From Cenococcum geophilum (Eukaryota), in NCBI GenBank assembly GCA_050273025.1, contig CP158636.1, positions 7,254,001 through 7,318,000 on the forward strand: a stretch of DNA of 64,000 nt, given 5' to 3'. Each line of letters begins with the position of its first letter. The first letter of the stretch is position 1. This document shows positions 14,028 to 27,485 of the stretch, piece by piece. The position numbers and the translations under genes are program-made. Below the pieces are notes generated by a model. That model was not told where the DNA came from. It saw only the letters and a list, made by a program, of their open reading frames with translations, and made no database searches.

Positions 14028-15708
14028 ATGGCCCGCGGTTAAGTATAGCTACTAGCTTAGAGGTATAAGCGGAAGGTCTTAGTACTAAAAGACTAAGGTA
14101 TATATCCTTCACATTTAGTTATATCTCGCTAACTATTGATAGGAAAGCAGCCTTAAGGTATTAGGAAAGAAGAAGTATAGTAGCCTTTCCGTTAAAGCGC
14201 ACGTATCTAAAAGATACTATAACTTTAAGAAAGGAGCCTGTTTAAGGATAGGTAGATACCTCTATAATTAAAAGACTAAAAGCGGCGGCGAGAAGTTAAA
14301 GACCTAGTTAATTGCATTTTGGCCGAACCCTTTATAAAGTAACCGCAAACGTCTCTTGCAGATACTACTGTTAAGGGTATAATTAGCTAAGAAGTAGTAA
14401 GCATTATTAGCAACACGTAGATTAATCTAATTAATTATTAGAGGAAGGAAGGAACTTAGCCTAAAGAATACTTTAAGAAGTATAATAATATGGAATATTT
14501 ACTTATAAGGAAGAAATTGTTATTATCTTTCCTTTACCGGAAATAATTGGAAGCTAGCTCTATTACGCCTAGCTCTACTATACCTAGTAGTTAAAAGCCT
14601 AGGGAAGTTAAAAGCGCCTCTTACTAAGACGCGCGTTATAAAACTCTACTTACAACTAAAGGGAGCTATATAGATAAATCCGACTTAGGTATTACAGATT
14701 TAAGTAAGGCATTTTACTAAAAATTACTTAAGAAAGAGCAAGCGGTTCTTTAGGATATATTATTTCGTAATAATCTCTTTAAATTAGCCTATTAGAAAAT
14801 GCGAAACAGGAACGAGGCTAGAGTTATCTAAGATATTACTTAATTAGTTGTTCCTTCTGCAGAAACCCTCGCTATATATAACGCTACCTCTCTTTAGTGC
14901 TTAGTTAAAAGCGTTAATAAAGGCTGGAACAATTTAATCCCTATTACTTAGACTCGCCTATAGCCCGATTATACTATAAGATTTAGGTAAAAAGCGTTTA
15001 TAGATAATCGGCTTAGTAAGCTTTAGCCCTTTATTAGTAAGCTTACGGATAACTCCTTCTTTATAGCTATATACTACTAGTACTTCCCGTTCTTAATATA
15101 TAAAGTTAAGTATAGCGCCGCGGCACTTAATATTGCGGACCGGCAAAATGCCCATAGCATAACTCTTACAGTAAAAGGTATTATTAAGCTCTTCCGACTT
15201 ATAAAGCGCGAAAAAGAGCTTTACTAAGAAATTCTTACCTTCTTAATCTTATATAATTACCAGACCGTAAAAATATACGGCTACTACCCTATAATTAATA
15301 GGCCTAAGACTACCTTCTACCGCTACCTAATCTGCACGTTTAACTTTATAGAATTAGATAGAAAAGAAAAATAGATAGTATATAAATTTACTAAGAATGT
15401 TTATAATATATAGATGCTGACTTACTTTAAAAGGCTCTGCTTAGTTATTAATAAGTTACCCCCTAATTTGGATTTTAAGGTTTCGTGGTAATTAGAACTA
15501 TAGTTTCTAGAGGGTTCTAGACTTTTATAGGAGTTAAAAAGTCATTATCTCTTAAAATATAATGCTAATTCTATATCTCTGCTTAGGGAATATAATAGTT
15601 AGTTAGATCTATAAGATAATACTCTAGATACTTTTATAACTAAAGAAACTAAGTAGGCCATATTTAAAAGGCTAAAGAAAAGGCGTACTATAGAAGAGGG
15701 GCGCTAAA
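14028..15708 (+). pseudogene. RIP-inactivated DUF7924-like conserved fungal protein
   Basis: RIP-reverted motifs PIDYWRKEG.WPKEYF, RNRNEARVIQDI, NEGWNNSIP..RPQPDY, YFPFLTCEVKCGAAALDIADRQNAHSMT and AFSISHDH..VRIYGHYP. Family name is from recall. Confidence 0.75.
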
Positions 15709-16224
15709 GAATAAACTTAAGGACGGCTATAGGACTAGTTAAACCGTCCTAAATGTATTTAAGGACCCGTAATAAGGCATACTTAAGGTTATTAGTATCC
15801 TCTCTTCCTCATCTTTATTAGTTCGGAGTGGCGTAGCGTTATACTTTAATGACTAGGCTTAAAGTATACTAACCCTAGTTAACAGTAAAACCTAATAGGG
15901 GAAGGGTTTCTAAAAAATAGCAGCTTCTAGCATATATAGGCTAAGTGCTCCTAGTAAACGTATTATATTTCTATATTACTAGAAAGCTTTTATATCTCCC
16001 TTATATATTAGATATGGCCTATACTACATATAAGTATTATAAGCTCCGCTGACTAAGAATAACCCTAGCATTAGGGCGGAAGCTATTAGTAATCTTTTTA
16101 GACTAGAGCCAATATGGAGCTCTAGGATGGACTAAGGCTTACCCTAAAGTAGATACGCAGGCGCTTATTAGGCTTAGCGCTCCTCTTTATTAATTAGGTA
16201 AACGTAGATTCTCTCCCCCCACCT

Positions 16225-16470
16225 TCTATCCGCCTATCTCTCCGTCTCCCTTCTACTCTCTCTCCGTCTCCCTCCTACTCTCTCTCCATCTCCCTCCCAC
16301 TCTCTCTCTGTCTCCCTCCTACTCTCTCTCCGTCTCCCTTGCTCTCTCTCTCTATCTCCCTTACTCTCTCTCTCTATCTCCCTCGCTCTCTCTCCACATC
16401 TCCCTTACTCTCTCTCCGTCTCTCTCGCTCTCTCTCTCTATCTCTCTTACTCTCTTTGCTATCTCTTTAA
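16225..16470. repeat. Degenerate CT-rich tandem repeat (~21-24 bp units), Arg/Glu-rich on the minus strand
   Basis: Repeated ctctctccgtctccctcctact-like units. Confidence 0.75.
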
Positions 16471-17964
16471 AGCCATTTAATCCTATTTAGTTTGGCGAGC
16501 TTACTTATATTAGCGCTGTCGTCTTCCCTATACCTCCCTCCATAGACTATTTCCGCCTTTAGTCTTTATTTATGCTAGTAGCTATAAGTGGTATACTTAA
16601 TATTCTAGAAGAGCTCTTAAATCTTATATAGTTATTTATTACTACCGGCTTTTACTTATAGGATATCCGTAGGACCTATAAAGCATTTAAGCGCGTCTTC
16701 TATAAGACCTTTATAGATACCTTTATATATAAAGGAAGCCTGTTAATTATTATAGATAAGCTAGACCTTAGATATGTAATAGAACTATTAACAAGCATAT
16801 ATAGGATATCTATTAGATTAACTTATATCTTCTCCCGTAACTAGGCAACTAAAAAAGATTTATAAAGTTAGGTTTACTAGGTCCCTAAAGATCTAGCTTA
16901 TATTAATTAAACTATACTTCCCCAGATTATATTATTCTAGGAGAACTAGGCTAAAATCTAGGAAACCAATTTAGATATAAAAATGCTAGCAACTATTATT
17001 AAAAACCTAGATTGCTAAGAAATCACTATTAGGCTATCTAATTTTGGTAATAGCGTTTAGTAAGGAACCTACTCGCTATATAGATTTAATTAACTTTTAT
17101 AGGAGAATGGCGCGCTGTTAGTTTACTATATAATAGCTAGGAATACCCTCAATTATATTAGCTAGATCTTTAGGAGGATACTTATAGCAATATAAGCGGC
17201 GGAACGCGATATAGAGGTCATAGGTGTTGCTATTTCCTCGGCGTATTCTCCGGAACGGAGAACTAAGGATTTTAAAGATAGGGTATAAAAGTATATTGCT
17301 TTTTATAGGGCACTCTTAAAAGGTACAGACGTTAGTTTTGAGGTCTAATTACGCCTAAAACCTATAGTAGCGGTATTTAGTAACCTAAAGTCATTGCATA
17401 ACGGATCACAATTATATTTTTTAATAAAGCTTTTCCAGACGGCCGAATACCTTAAACTTAACACCCCTCTATAGTGTGCGTTACGAGATACCATTTTATT
17501 TAGAAAGTTTATAAACCTACGCCGTTTATATTTGTGGTTCTTAGACCTTAGTAACAATCTAGCCGAGTTAGTTAAATTCCTTCTATAACTGCTAAAATAA
17601 ATAGAATTAATAGAATTAGCTAAACTACGTTCTAGCTTAGAGAATTATTAGATTTACTTCTTAACTATCTTAACTAATTATAATCTGTCTTTCTAGTTAT
17701 GCTTTTTTATATTAAGTTTTAACAAGCTATATAAAAAGGAACTATAGTGTCTTAATAGATGTATGGGCGTATATCTACTAGAGCCAGAAAAAGTTAAAAA
17801 GGGTTTCTATTAGCTACGAGAGTTAGTTATAAGGTTATACGTTTAGCAACTATTTTAAGATCTATATAGCCGGGGGAAGCTGCACTAAAGCCGATATTCT
17901 AGCCGTAGTAAATAGTTAACTACAAAATATTACCTATATACATTTAATTAATATATATTACTTA

Positions 17965-18140
17965 ACTATGCCTTCTAATTATACTTCTAATAATATAGAC
18001 TTTGTTCCACCAATTTAGTATTTAATTCTACCGACTTAGAAAGCAAAACAACCATCCCCGCAGCCGTGGCCGTTGCCCTACTTTAAGCCCTTATATATCG
18101 CGAATTTCGACGACTATAGCACCCCAAATCTTCCTCCTAT
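17965..18140 (+). mobile_element. Possible N-terminal fragment of a fungal piggyBac-derived protein
   Basis: RIP-reverted QPWPLPHFEPLHIANFDDHGTPNLPP resembles fungal piggyBac-type N-termini. No DDE region follows. Confidence 0.3.
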
Positions 18141-20919
18141 TACGATATATATAAGCAGTTCCAGAAGGACCTCTAGTAGGCCCTCTTTAAGCAGTTAACT
18201 CGCTAGCGAGTGTATACTTAGGAGAGGCCATTATAATACTCTATAAGTGATATTTTATGGTACCCTATAGAGGGTTATAAGCTTATAAAGCTATTTACGC
18301 GGCGCAAGTAAAAGTACTACTTTACTTATATTAAAGCCGGTAGGAAGACTTAAATATAATATAGAGGACGTAGGAAGCCTCTCTTAAACCTCTTACTAAA
18401 TATAACTTATAAATCTCGCAATAGTAGGGATTAAAGGAGGCCTCGCAGAGCTCTAAGAACTCTATATAGCTATTCTGTTTGCCGTATACTATTCTATAGA
18501 AAGGACAGCTGTTAGCTTCCTTATACTAAGCGACTTAGCTCTAAAGATTAAGTATAAATAGCAATTATATACTAAAATTGACGACTTTTTACCTCGTAGA
18601 TTTGATTACGGAGCCTCAATACTATAGATCCTATTAGTCGGCTCTTATTAATAACTATAGGACACATTTTACTAGGTAAAGGGATAACGTCTGTTCCTAG
18701 GTCGCGTAAAACCTACCATACCGCAAAATATAAGGGGTACTTTAATATTAAGCGACTATAACTATACGCACACGTAAATATTTACTATAATTCTATATTA
18801 GTCGTATGCTATAGCTACTTTTAAATATTTAGAACTCCTTCTATCTAAAAATTACCTTATATATTGTCGCCTTCGCGCCTAATACGCAGAGAGTCTTATT
18901 CTTTAACGAAACAGAGTTCCTTCCCTATAGTACTACTATGAGGCTCTAACAACTCTATAACTTATAACGGTGCTACCTAAGCCTAAGAACCTTATTATAA
19001 TGCTAGGAAGTTATTATTAGCCTTGTGTCTACTATTGCGTAGGGTTATAACCCTGGTCGGTACCTCTAATCGAGAGCAATTACCCATTCTAGCTATTGCG
19101 AAACAGCTATATAATTATTATATTATAATCTATTTATAGCGGCCGCCAAGCTAGCTTATAGCTCTTATACCTATAGCTATATAATGTCTTAGTAAGCGGG
19201 GCTTACCCTAACCTATAGCTATACCTTTAGTAAACTAACTTACCTCTTCTAGAATTCGCCACTATATATATTGAGGTGGCGTACTAACGCCTATACTTCG
19301 ACTTAGCACGGGACGGGTTTGGCGGCAGTATAATTAATAGTATTTATAGTAGGTAATTAAAGCGTAAAATACTTTTAACTCGCCCCCGTTAGTAAGGAGG
19401 GTAGCTAAACTACACTAACTAGACCCTTACGAGTTTTATAGTAATAAAGAAGTACCTTAAATTGTATAGTGAAGTTTAAGTTATAGCGCTTTAAAAGTTA
19501 TTCTAGAGTAAATAAGGTAAGGCTTCTGCTAAGCGATATTAAGCCCTATGCGGAGAAAAAGTTTTAAAGTTATAAAAACTAGAAGCTGATTTTGTAAGCG
19601 AGTGTAATATAATAGGACAAAGTAAGTGAGTGATCTATAAGATGCTGCTCTTCGCTTTTATAAGCATAAAACTCGTTTAAAGCCTTGTTATTAGCCTTTT
19701 CTTTAAGCATAGCCGTTAATCTTATGCGTTTCTAAATGCTATAGCGAGTCTTTCCCCATCTGCTCGGCCATCTAGCGGTCCATTTTAAACTTGTTAAAAT
19801 CATCTAAATCTATAAAGTCTAACATTATAAGCTTAGAGGAATTCTATGCTGTGCACATTATATAATAGGGAAAGAAGACTAACTGGACTAAATAATATTA
19901 TAATCTAGATCGTCGCCCTCCTGTTCCCTAGTAAGAGCACACTTTAGCTTCTTAATAATGTCGCGTTTTTCTATTATCTACCCGTTAACCCTTGTGATTA
20001 TAACTTTAGTAATATAATAGGTGCCATAAATATCTTCTATAGAAGGCGCTGAATGTTTAGGGCACTACCTAAAGTGCTATTTGGTAAAGCATTGCTTTAT
20101 ATAGTAGGTCTCGGCGCAGTTCTTATAGGGACTGTTTATATATAAGCTATGCTAATTACTTAATATTACTTAGTAGGACAAACTATTTAAAGCGTTCTCC
20201 AAACGATTTAATATCATTTAGGACGTTTTTAGTTCTTTCCCTCTATTCTTAGGCTTCTTTAATTATCTAATCCTTTAAGTCAGGCATACTGCGGAAATTT
20301 AACTAATAAAGATAATAAGTAATCAGTGCGATCGGATAGAGGAAAGGCGTTAATTAAGTTGGGTTAATTCTACGGCGCTGTATAGAGCTAGGGTAGCTAG
20401 TTAAGGCCTTAGCAGGGTAACCCCTCCTAGACAGCACGTAATGCCATGCTTAGAATAAACATCCGCAGTCGTCCTTAAAGCTTATATCCATCCACTATAA
20501 GTATTAATAACGCAGGCAGATAGTATCCAACTTTTAAAAATTTAAATGGAAGACGCTAGAAGAGGAGCTAGAAATAGTAATAGAACTAGGGTTACTATTT
20601 TCTAAGCGGCTTTTAAGCCGTTGGACTTTTCGGAGCCCCTAGCGATTGTAATTAACTAATTAAGATTAAGCTCCAAACATCTTACTATACTATATCCTAT
20701 AAGTTCTACTATTAATACTACAACTTAATTGTCCTTAGGTGTATTAGCTTGCACTTGCCCCTAATTTAACTAAATTTTAATTATAGGTTGTCCTTAGCCA
20801 GTACTATTCGCTGTCTTCCCCTAGTCTTAATATCCGCTTCCACTTCCTCTATATAACTCCGCCCGTCGCTTATATCTCTAATGTCTATTCTTTAGCCAAT
20901 AATTCCTTAGCCTGTCTAT

Positions 20920-21832
20920 ATGGCTAACTGCATTTAGTATACGATAGGATTCAGTTCTAAGGATATCGTTGGCTAGGGCATAACTAGTATAGTATGCCTA
21001 GACAATGCGTCGCAAATAGTTATTAAGACCGCTTATGATAAGGACAATAAGGATAGGATTGCTGTTAAAAAGGCTATCTATAAGCGATTTAAATAACGCG
21101 GTAGATATAATAGGCTACTAACGTATTACGGGCTATACGATATCGGTATCCGCCTTAAGTATGCTTCAAAATAGAACCTTTTTAACTATCTTAGTAAGTA
21201 CCTGGAGATTGACGTCCAGCAGAGGCTATGTTGGGGGTATTAGATTATAGACGCCCTCTATTATACTTATACTTTAAAGGTTATCTATAGGGATCTAACT
21301 CTAAATAACGTCTTCTTAACTAATAAGCTTGACGCGAAGCTAGCAGACTTTAGCGGCTCATCCCTAGATAGGTCTCCTCTACTTATTACTGTAAACGCCA
21401 GCTATTGATATTTAGGGCCTAGGTAATCTATCTACGCCAACTTCTTTACTCTAGGCTTTGTCCTCTACTATTTTATAACGGGGGCGTTTCTATATTAGGA
21501 CCTCTTAGAACTAGAGAATAAGGACAAGATTTAGAAATTAATCTAAAACGGTGACTTTCTGGAGACAGACTCTTTTAGGCCCGTTAGAACGATAATTACA
21601 AAGTGCTAACAAGCTATATATAATAGTGCTGCTAATATCTGTAAGGATATTAAAGGTATAAGTACTATTTCCCTAGCTTGGACTATAACTAATAGATTAA
21701 AGTTATCTGTAGATTGAAGCTATTAGATATATATAGCGCCGCTTATATCGTCTAACTACCTCTTATACTTCTTATTATCGGGATCACTATAGCAATACTA
21801 GGCAGGAAATTAGTTTCACGTTTGGTATCTTA
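20920..21832 (+). pseudogene. RIP-inactivated fungal protein kinase
   Basis: RIP-reverted IVGWG.TG.V..VIK, EKAIYERF, IRLEYA, VIHGDLTLNNVFL..AKLADFSGSSLDG and DFFALG.VLY. Confidence 0.85.
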
Positions 21833-23435
21833 AAAATTGGCGTATATTAGATTACCCGAACTTATAAAATGAGTTTAGGTAAGGCATATCTCATATTCTC
21901 CTTACTGCGTTATAGAGCCAAGCTAAATAGGTTATCTATTCAGACCCTTTACGGGAGTAGCGTTATCGCCGCAATTTAACCCAGACTCTTCGAATTTCTT
22001 ATATCCAGCTATATTATATCTTCTCTTAGTGATAACGTGCTTATGCTTTTCTTTATACTTGTTAAACTTTACCTTGTACTAGATATAGGTGCACATTTCT
22101 TTCTATCTCTGGCAGTTGTTTAATTCCTTTAATCTAGGCAGATATTAATAGATATTAATAGGCTTACCTTAAAGATTTGGGTGTTAGGCTTCTCTTAGTT
22201 ATAAACCGCTTACCTATAGTTGTTCTTAGAGAAATACGGGGCTATTTATACGTGTAATGGTTCTTTAGAGAGCTAAGATATCTATATAATCGTGCTAGAG
22301 CTAAAAGCGTTAGCATAAGTAGATAAATCCTTAGCTATAGGTTTAATAGCTATAAGTACCTAACTTACTTGGCGCCTCTATTATATAAGATATAATACTA
22401 CGTAATAAATTTACTTGGCGTATAGGGTCTGTTTCGTTTTAACCAGGAAATCCTTACTTGCTTTAATTAGAAGTACTAATAAAGGTGGCAACGACGTATA
22501 ATATAGCATGCTACGGCAACCATAAGGCCGACAATGACTTTTTAGCTGTATAGTAAGATTCGGAAACCTAGATTTAACTATTCTATAAATTTAAAAGGCG
22601 AAAAAAGCTCAATAGTAGTGTTGTGGATTAAAAGGTCTTTTTATAATATAAAAGGAGGCTCTCCGCAGTTAGGCGCGAAGGCAACAACATAATTGTTATT
22701 TTCGGCGTAGTGAGGCAAAGAGTATTCTTAAGAAGGTATACTTTATAATATATACAAAACTTTGGGAATATTCAATACGCTTAGAGAGTTAAAGTTGCTT
22801 AAATTTAAAGTACCTATATTTTATCTCGCGACAGGGTACGTCTCTCGACCCAGGGACGGACGTTACTTTAACTTTAAGCAACTATAACTCTGCGCACACG
22901 TTATACTTCACTATAATTATATATAAGTCGTATACTGTAGCTACTCTGCAATATTTAAGACCCTTTATATCTATAAATTATGTTTATATTATCGCCTTCG
23001 CGCCTTATTTACAGAGAGCCTCCTTTTAGGGCGTAATAATATCCCTTTACTATAACACCACTATTAAGCTTTTACTACTTATAAAACTTATAATAGGGTC
23101 CTATCCGAGCCTAAGAACTTCATTACAATATTAAAAAGTCATTATTAGCCTTATATCTACTATAGTACGCAAATTTATATAAGGTTGCTACGCGGGTCAG
23201 TACCTCTAATTAAAGCGATTACTAATTCCGGCTAGTGCAAAACGACCCCGTATATTCCACGTGATATCTAGGAAGTAATTTACTTACGTTAATTAAGTAA
23301 GTCTAAGCCTATGGCTGTGCGGAGTCTTAGCAAGTAGGCTAATCTTAGCCCCGTAGCCTTGCGATCTAATTTAACCTTAGCTATGTGTCTAGTTAACTAA
23401 CTTAACTCTCTAAAAACGGCTACAGAATTCGCCAC

Positions 23436-25151
23436 CTTATAAGGGTGTGGCCGGAGCGGGTCGGCCGCCCTCCCTACTAGCTCCCGCGAGCTGTTAGTAA
23501 GTGCTATCTTAGCGTCTACTAGCAGACCGAGTTTGCCGTAGGCTTCTTAAATATTATATAATTATAATTATCCTATTCCATACTTGCCTTTAAGTTATTC
23601 GCTATATAATATAATACCTAACCGGCTGTATAATATAGCCCTACTTATTAACGCCTAAACAGCTCTAGCCAGCATAGCCTACCTTATAATAGTTTAGCGC
23701 GGCCAACTTAGCCTAGCGTCCCTTTGCGCCACCTAAAGAGCTCTACTAACTACTAGTTATATTCTTAAAACCCTTTCTATAAGTACTCTAAGAATTATTA
23801 TAAGGAGATCGCGGTAGCTTTAGCCCTAGTTAACATCGTCGCCAATATAATTTAGCTTGTTAACTTTGGCTTTTAGGTTTTAAAAGCGTTCCGCAACTTT
23901 AAAGCTAAGCTACCCGTATTACTGCCCCCCTAAAGGCGAAAGCGGTAATAGATGCCAGATTTATACAAGATGAAATTAAAAAGGCGCTCCTCCTAGCTAT
24001 TAAAGGGTAACTCTAACGGCAGCGAGAGCAGTATTAGAGGCGTAACGTATTTATTTGGCTGCGCGCTTAACTTTTAAGAGCTGAGCCCTACCACTATTAG
24101 CGACAACACCACTAGCTAAACTAGCCGGAAATAACTCACCTATTTAGCAGCGACAGTAACCATAATTATATTTACCGCACTACCTAGGTACCTGTGAGAT
24201 TTTTAGCTTATTCTTTAACTATTATATATTATAATAAGGGCAACAAATAGCAGTCCCATTCGGTTTCTCCATTAGTGATTTTATCGCGGTAGGTCTCTGC
24301 TCTAAACTATACTACTCCTCCTAAAAGCCGTCTTTTAAGCTAACCGGACCTTTATAGGTAGGAGGGCTTATATATAATATTATCTAAGCGATTAGTGAGC
24401 ATAATGGGGCAGCCGTAGATTATTAATCTTTCGTCTCTACTCTTAGATCATTATACAGTTGCACTAATACGATAAAGGATGTCCTAGAAAAGGATGTCCT
24501 AGAAAAGTCCGTCCAAGATATCTTAAATTTAAATTTAGATAAAGCCTTAATTAACGGAATTATATACGAGATAGACTACTATAGGGCCCTTTTAAATACA
24601 TTTCTAGACAATATATATAAATATATAGCGAGCCTTCTTCCCTCTAGTAAAGCACGGAAAATTAAGGAGGTATAGACGGTAATATCGCTTTTCTATAGAC
24701 GGAAAGCAGGCATAAAGGAATTAAAGAAGGCATAGAGAAAAGTATTATAGGCTATCTTCTAGATAGAGGATGTCTAGAAGCTTAAAAGAGACTTATAGGG
24801 TCATCTATACGCATTACAGCTATTTAGATCGTTTCTTTAGAAGTAAGTATTAAACTATTCTATTAAAGACAATCTCCGGTATACTTAGTCATTTTACTAA
24901 CTAAATGTCTTTATCTAGGTCGTCTCTATCTTAGGTCGAGAAAAGCACTACTAAAATTGCGTTTATTATATATAAGACTAACATTATAACTATAGCGATA
25001 TTCGATCTCCTAAAGTCCGTCTATAATATACTTCCTTTACAAATTAGCGATAAAATGAACAAGTGCCAGCCAGTCTTTTTTGAAGATGCTCTTAGACGTT
25101 CAATCGAGCTCCCCTAAGAGTTTTGCGTCTCTAAGGAAGTATATTAGGGAA
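23436..25151 (+). repeat. Left arm of a ~1.7-kb inverted duplication (partner 27486-29164)
   Basis: Reverse-complement match from ccctccctactagctccc (23470 vs 29130) through gtctctaaggaagtatattagggaa (25127-25151 vs 27504-27528). Confidence 0.92.
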
Positions 25152-27030
25152 GGCAGTAATATATTAGAGAATTATAGCGGCTAAAAGTTATATAGAGATT
25201 CCAACGACACCTTAAGATATTATTTAAGGGTATGCCTAGGCATAACAAAGTTGCTAAGAAAGAATATTAACTAGAAGACCCGGTGGGGATAAGTGCTATT
25301 TTAGCCCATAACTAGCATCTTAAAGTAACGGCTAGGGCAAGAGTAGCGATGACCTTACTTTTTTAACTTACTTCTAAAGTAAAAGGCTTAATTATTTAAA
25401 TTTACCCCTAATGCAATACCATAAACAACAAATCCGATTTACGGCAAGGCATAACTAAATGGTATGTCATCTTATACCCTTACTATATGCCATACTAAAG
25501 AGGAAATCTTCTAAATAGCTTTAATTGCAAACTCTTATTTGAAATAGTTAATATAAAGTATATTGCTGAGTTCCAAGACGATAAATGGCACAAGGTAGGC
25601 TGTGCGGTTAATGCCTCAAACTACTAAAGGTCCCAGTAGCAGGAAAAAATAAGCATAAAATAGGATGCATTTCGTAGGATCCGTTATTTTTGCAAAACTA
25701 AAGTAAGAGGCCAAGTATATATCTATCGGATTGATGGCTAACACTATTCTTTTAACTCTTATAGATTGTAAGTAGAGCCGACCTAAGCTAAGCAGAAGTC
25801 TATCCAATAGATAGCTAATACTATTCTTTTAACTCTTATAGGCAGTAAGTAGAGCCGACCCTAGCTAAGCAGAAGTCTATCGAATGGATAGCTAATATTA
25901 TCCTTTTAACTCTTATAAAGAGTAAGTAGAGCCGACCCTAGCTAAGCAGAAGTCTATTAAATAAATAGCTGATACTATCCTTTTAACTTCTATAGATAGT
26001 AAGTAGAGCCGACCCTAGCTAAACAGATATCTATTAAATGGATAGCTAACGCTATCCTTTTAACTCCTATAGTGGGTAAGTAGAGCCGACCCCAGCTAAG
26101 TAAAAGTCTATTAAATGGATAGCTAACGCTATCCTTTTAACTCTTATAGTAAGTAAGTAGAGCCGACCCTAGCTAAGCAGAAGTCTATTAAATAGATAGC
26201 TAACGCTATCCTTTTAACTCTTATAGGATGTAAGTAGAGTCAACACTAGCTAAGCAGATGTCTATTAAATGGATAACTAATGCTATTCTTTTAACTCTTA
26301 TAGGATATAAGTAGAGCCGACCCTAGCTAAGCAGAAGTCTATTAAATGGATAGCTGACGCTATCCTTTTAACTCTTATAGTAGGTAAGTAGAGCCGACCC
26401 TAGCTAAGCAGAAGTCTATTAAATGGATAGCTAATGCTATCCTTTTAACTCTTATAGAACGTAAGTAGAGCTGATACTAGCTAAGCAGATATCTATTAAA
26501 TAAATAGCTGACGCTATCCTTTTAACTCTTATAGAGAGTAAGTAAAGCCGACTCTAGCTAAGTAGAAGTCTATTAAATAGATAGCTGACGCTATCCTTTT
26601 AACTCTTATAGAAAGTAAGTAGAGCTAACCCTAGCTAAGTAGAAGTCTATTAAATAGATAGCTAACGCTATCCTTTTAACTTTTATAGTTTGTAAGTAGA
26701 GCCGACCCTAGCTAAGTAGAAGTCTATTAAATAAATAGCTGACGCTATTCTTTTTAACTTTTATAGGGAGTAAGTAAAGCCAACCCTAGCTAAGCAGATG
26801 TCTATCAAATAAATAACTAACGCTATTCTTTTAACTCTTATAGAGAGTAAGTAGAGCCGACTATAGCTAAGCAGATGTCTATTAAATGGATAGCTGATGC
26901 TATCCTTTTAACTCTTATAGGAAGTGAGTGGAGCCAACCTAAGCTAGGCAGTGTCTATTAAATAGATAGCTAACGCTCTCCTTTTAACTCTTATAGTCGG
27001 TATATAGAGTCGGCCTTATATCGACCTGAA
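24247..27030 (+). pseudogene. RIP-damaged gene with a fungal STAND N-terminal-like helical domain, a ubiquitin-like domain and a C-terminal micro-exon array
   Basis: MAVPFGFSI.DFIAV start (ATG intact in the inverted copy), QPVFFEDALGRSIELP.EFC, F.GMPGH.KV..EYQL, CP.C, and DAFRRIRYFCKTK directly before the array. Confidence 0.75.
25703..27015 (+). repeat. 77-bp tandem array of 74-nt intron-like units separated by variable 3-nt micro-exons (16 units plus one diverged 62-nt lead intron)
   Basis: Donor positions at 25768, 25845, 25922, 25999, 26076, 26153, 26230, 26307, 26384, 26461, 26538, 26615, 26692, 26770, 26847 and 26924. Each unit reads GTAAGT..GCTRAC..TCCTTTTAACTCTTATAG. Confidence 0.95.
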
Positions 27031-27485
27031 AATATAAGTAAGGAAAACTTATATATATAAAGAAAAGAGACTATATATATAAGAGGTAGTTACCCCTATA
27101 AGGGTAGTAAAACTAGGCCGAAACTAGGCTAAAACTGACGTCTAATACCTTAGCTAAGTAGGAGTCTGTTAAGCGAAGAGTAAACAAAATAGAGATTATA
27201 AAGGAGGTGGTTAAGGTAGTAGTAAGTAATATTTATAAATACACTTATTTAACAGATATTACCATAATCGCACTTAGGCGAACGCTTAGCGACGCTATCA
27301 TTAGGTTCTTCTATCTCGTAGGAATTAGTAGGGAGTATAGCTAACCCACACTGGCCCTACTATTAGGAAACTTTTACTTTCTAAGAATAGAGAGAGCAGA
27401 GAAAATAGGCAACTATGTTTAGAGTTAAAACCAACAATGTATTAAGCGTGGCGTTATAGTAGTTATAAGCCGCCAGTTATATCCG

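Noticed and set aside
16600..17850. F-box/LRR-like pseudogene
   Set aside because: Coding-like, but too degraded to support a family call.
25703..27015. CRISPR array
   Set aside because: Fungal context, no cas genes, 74-nt repeats with 3-nt spacers, and the repeats carry splice signals instead.
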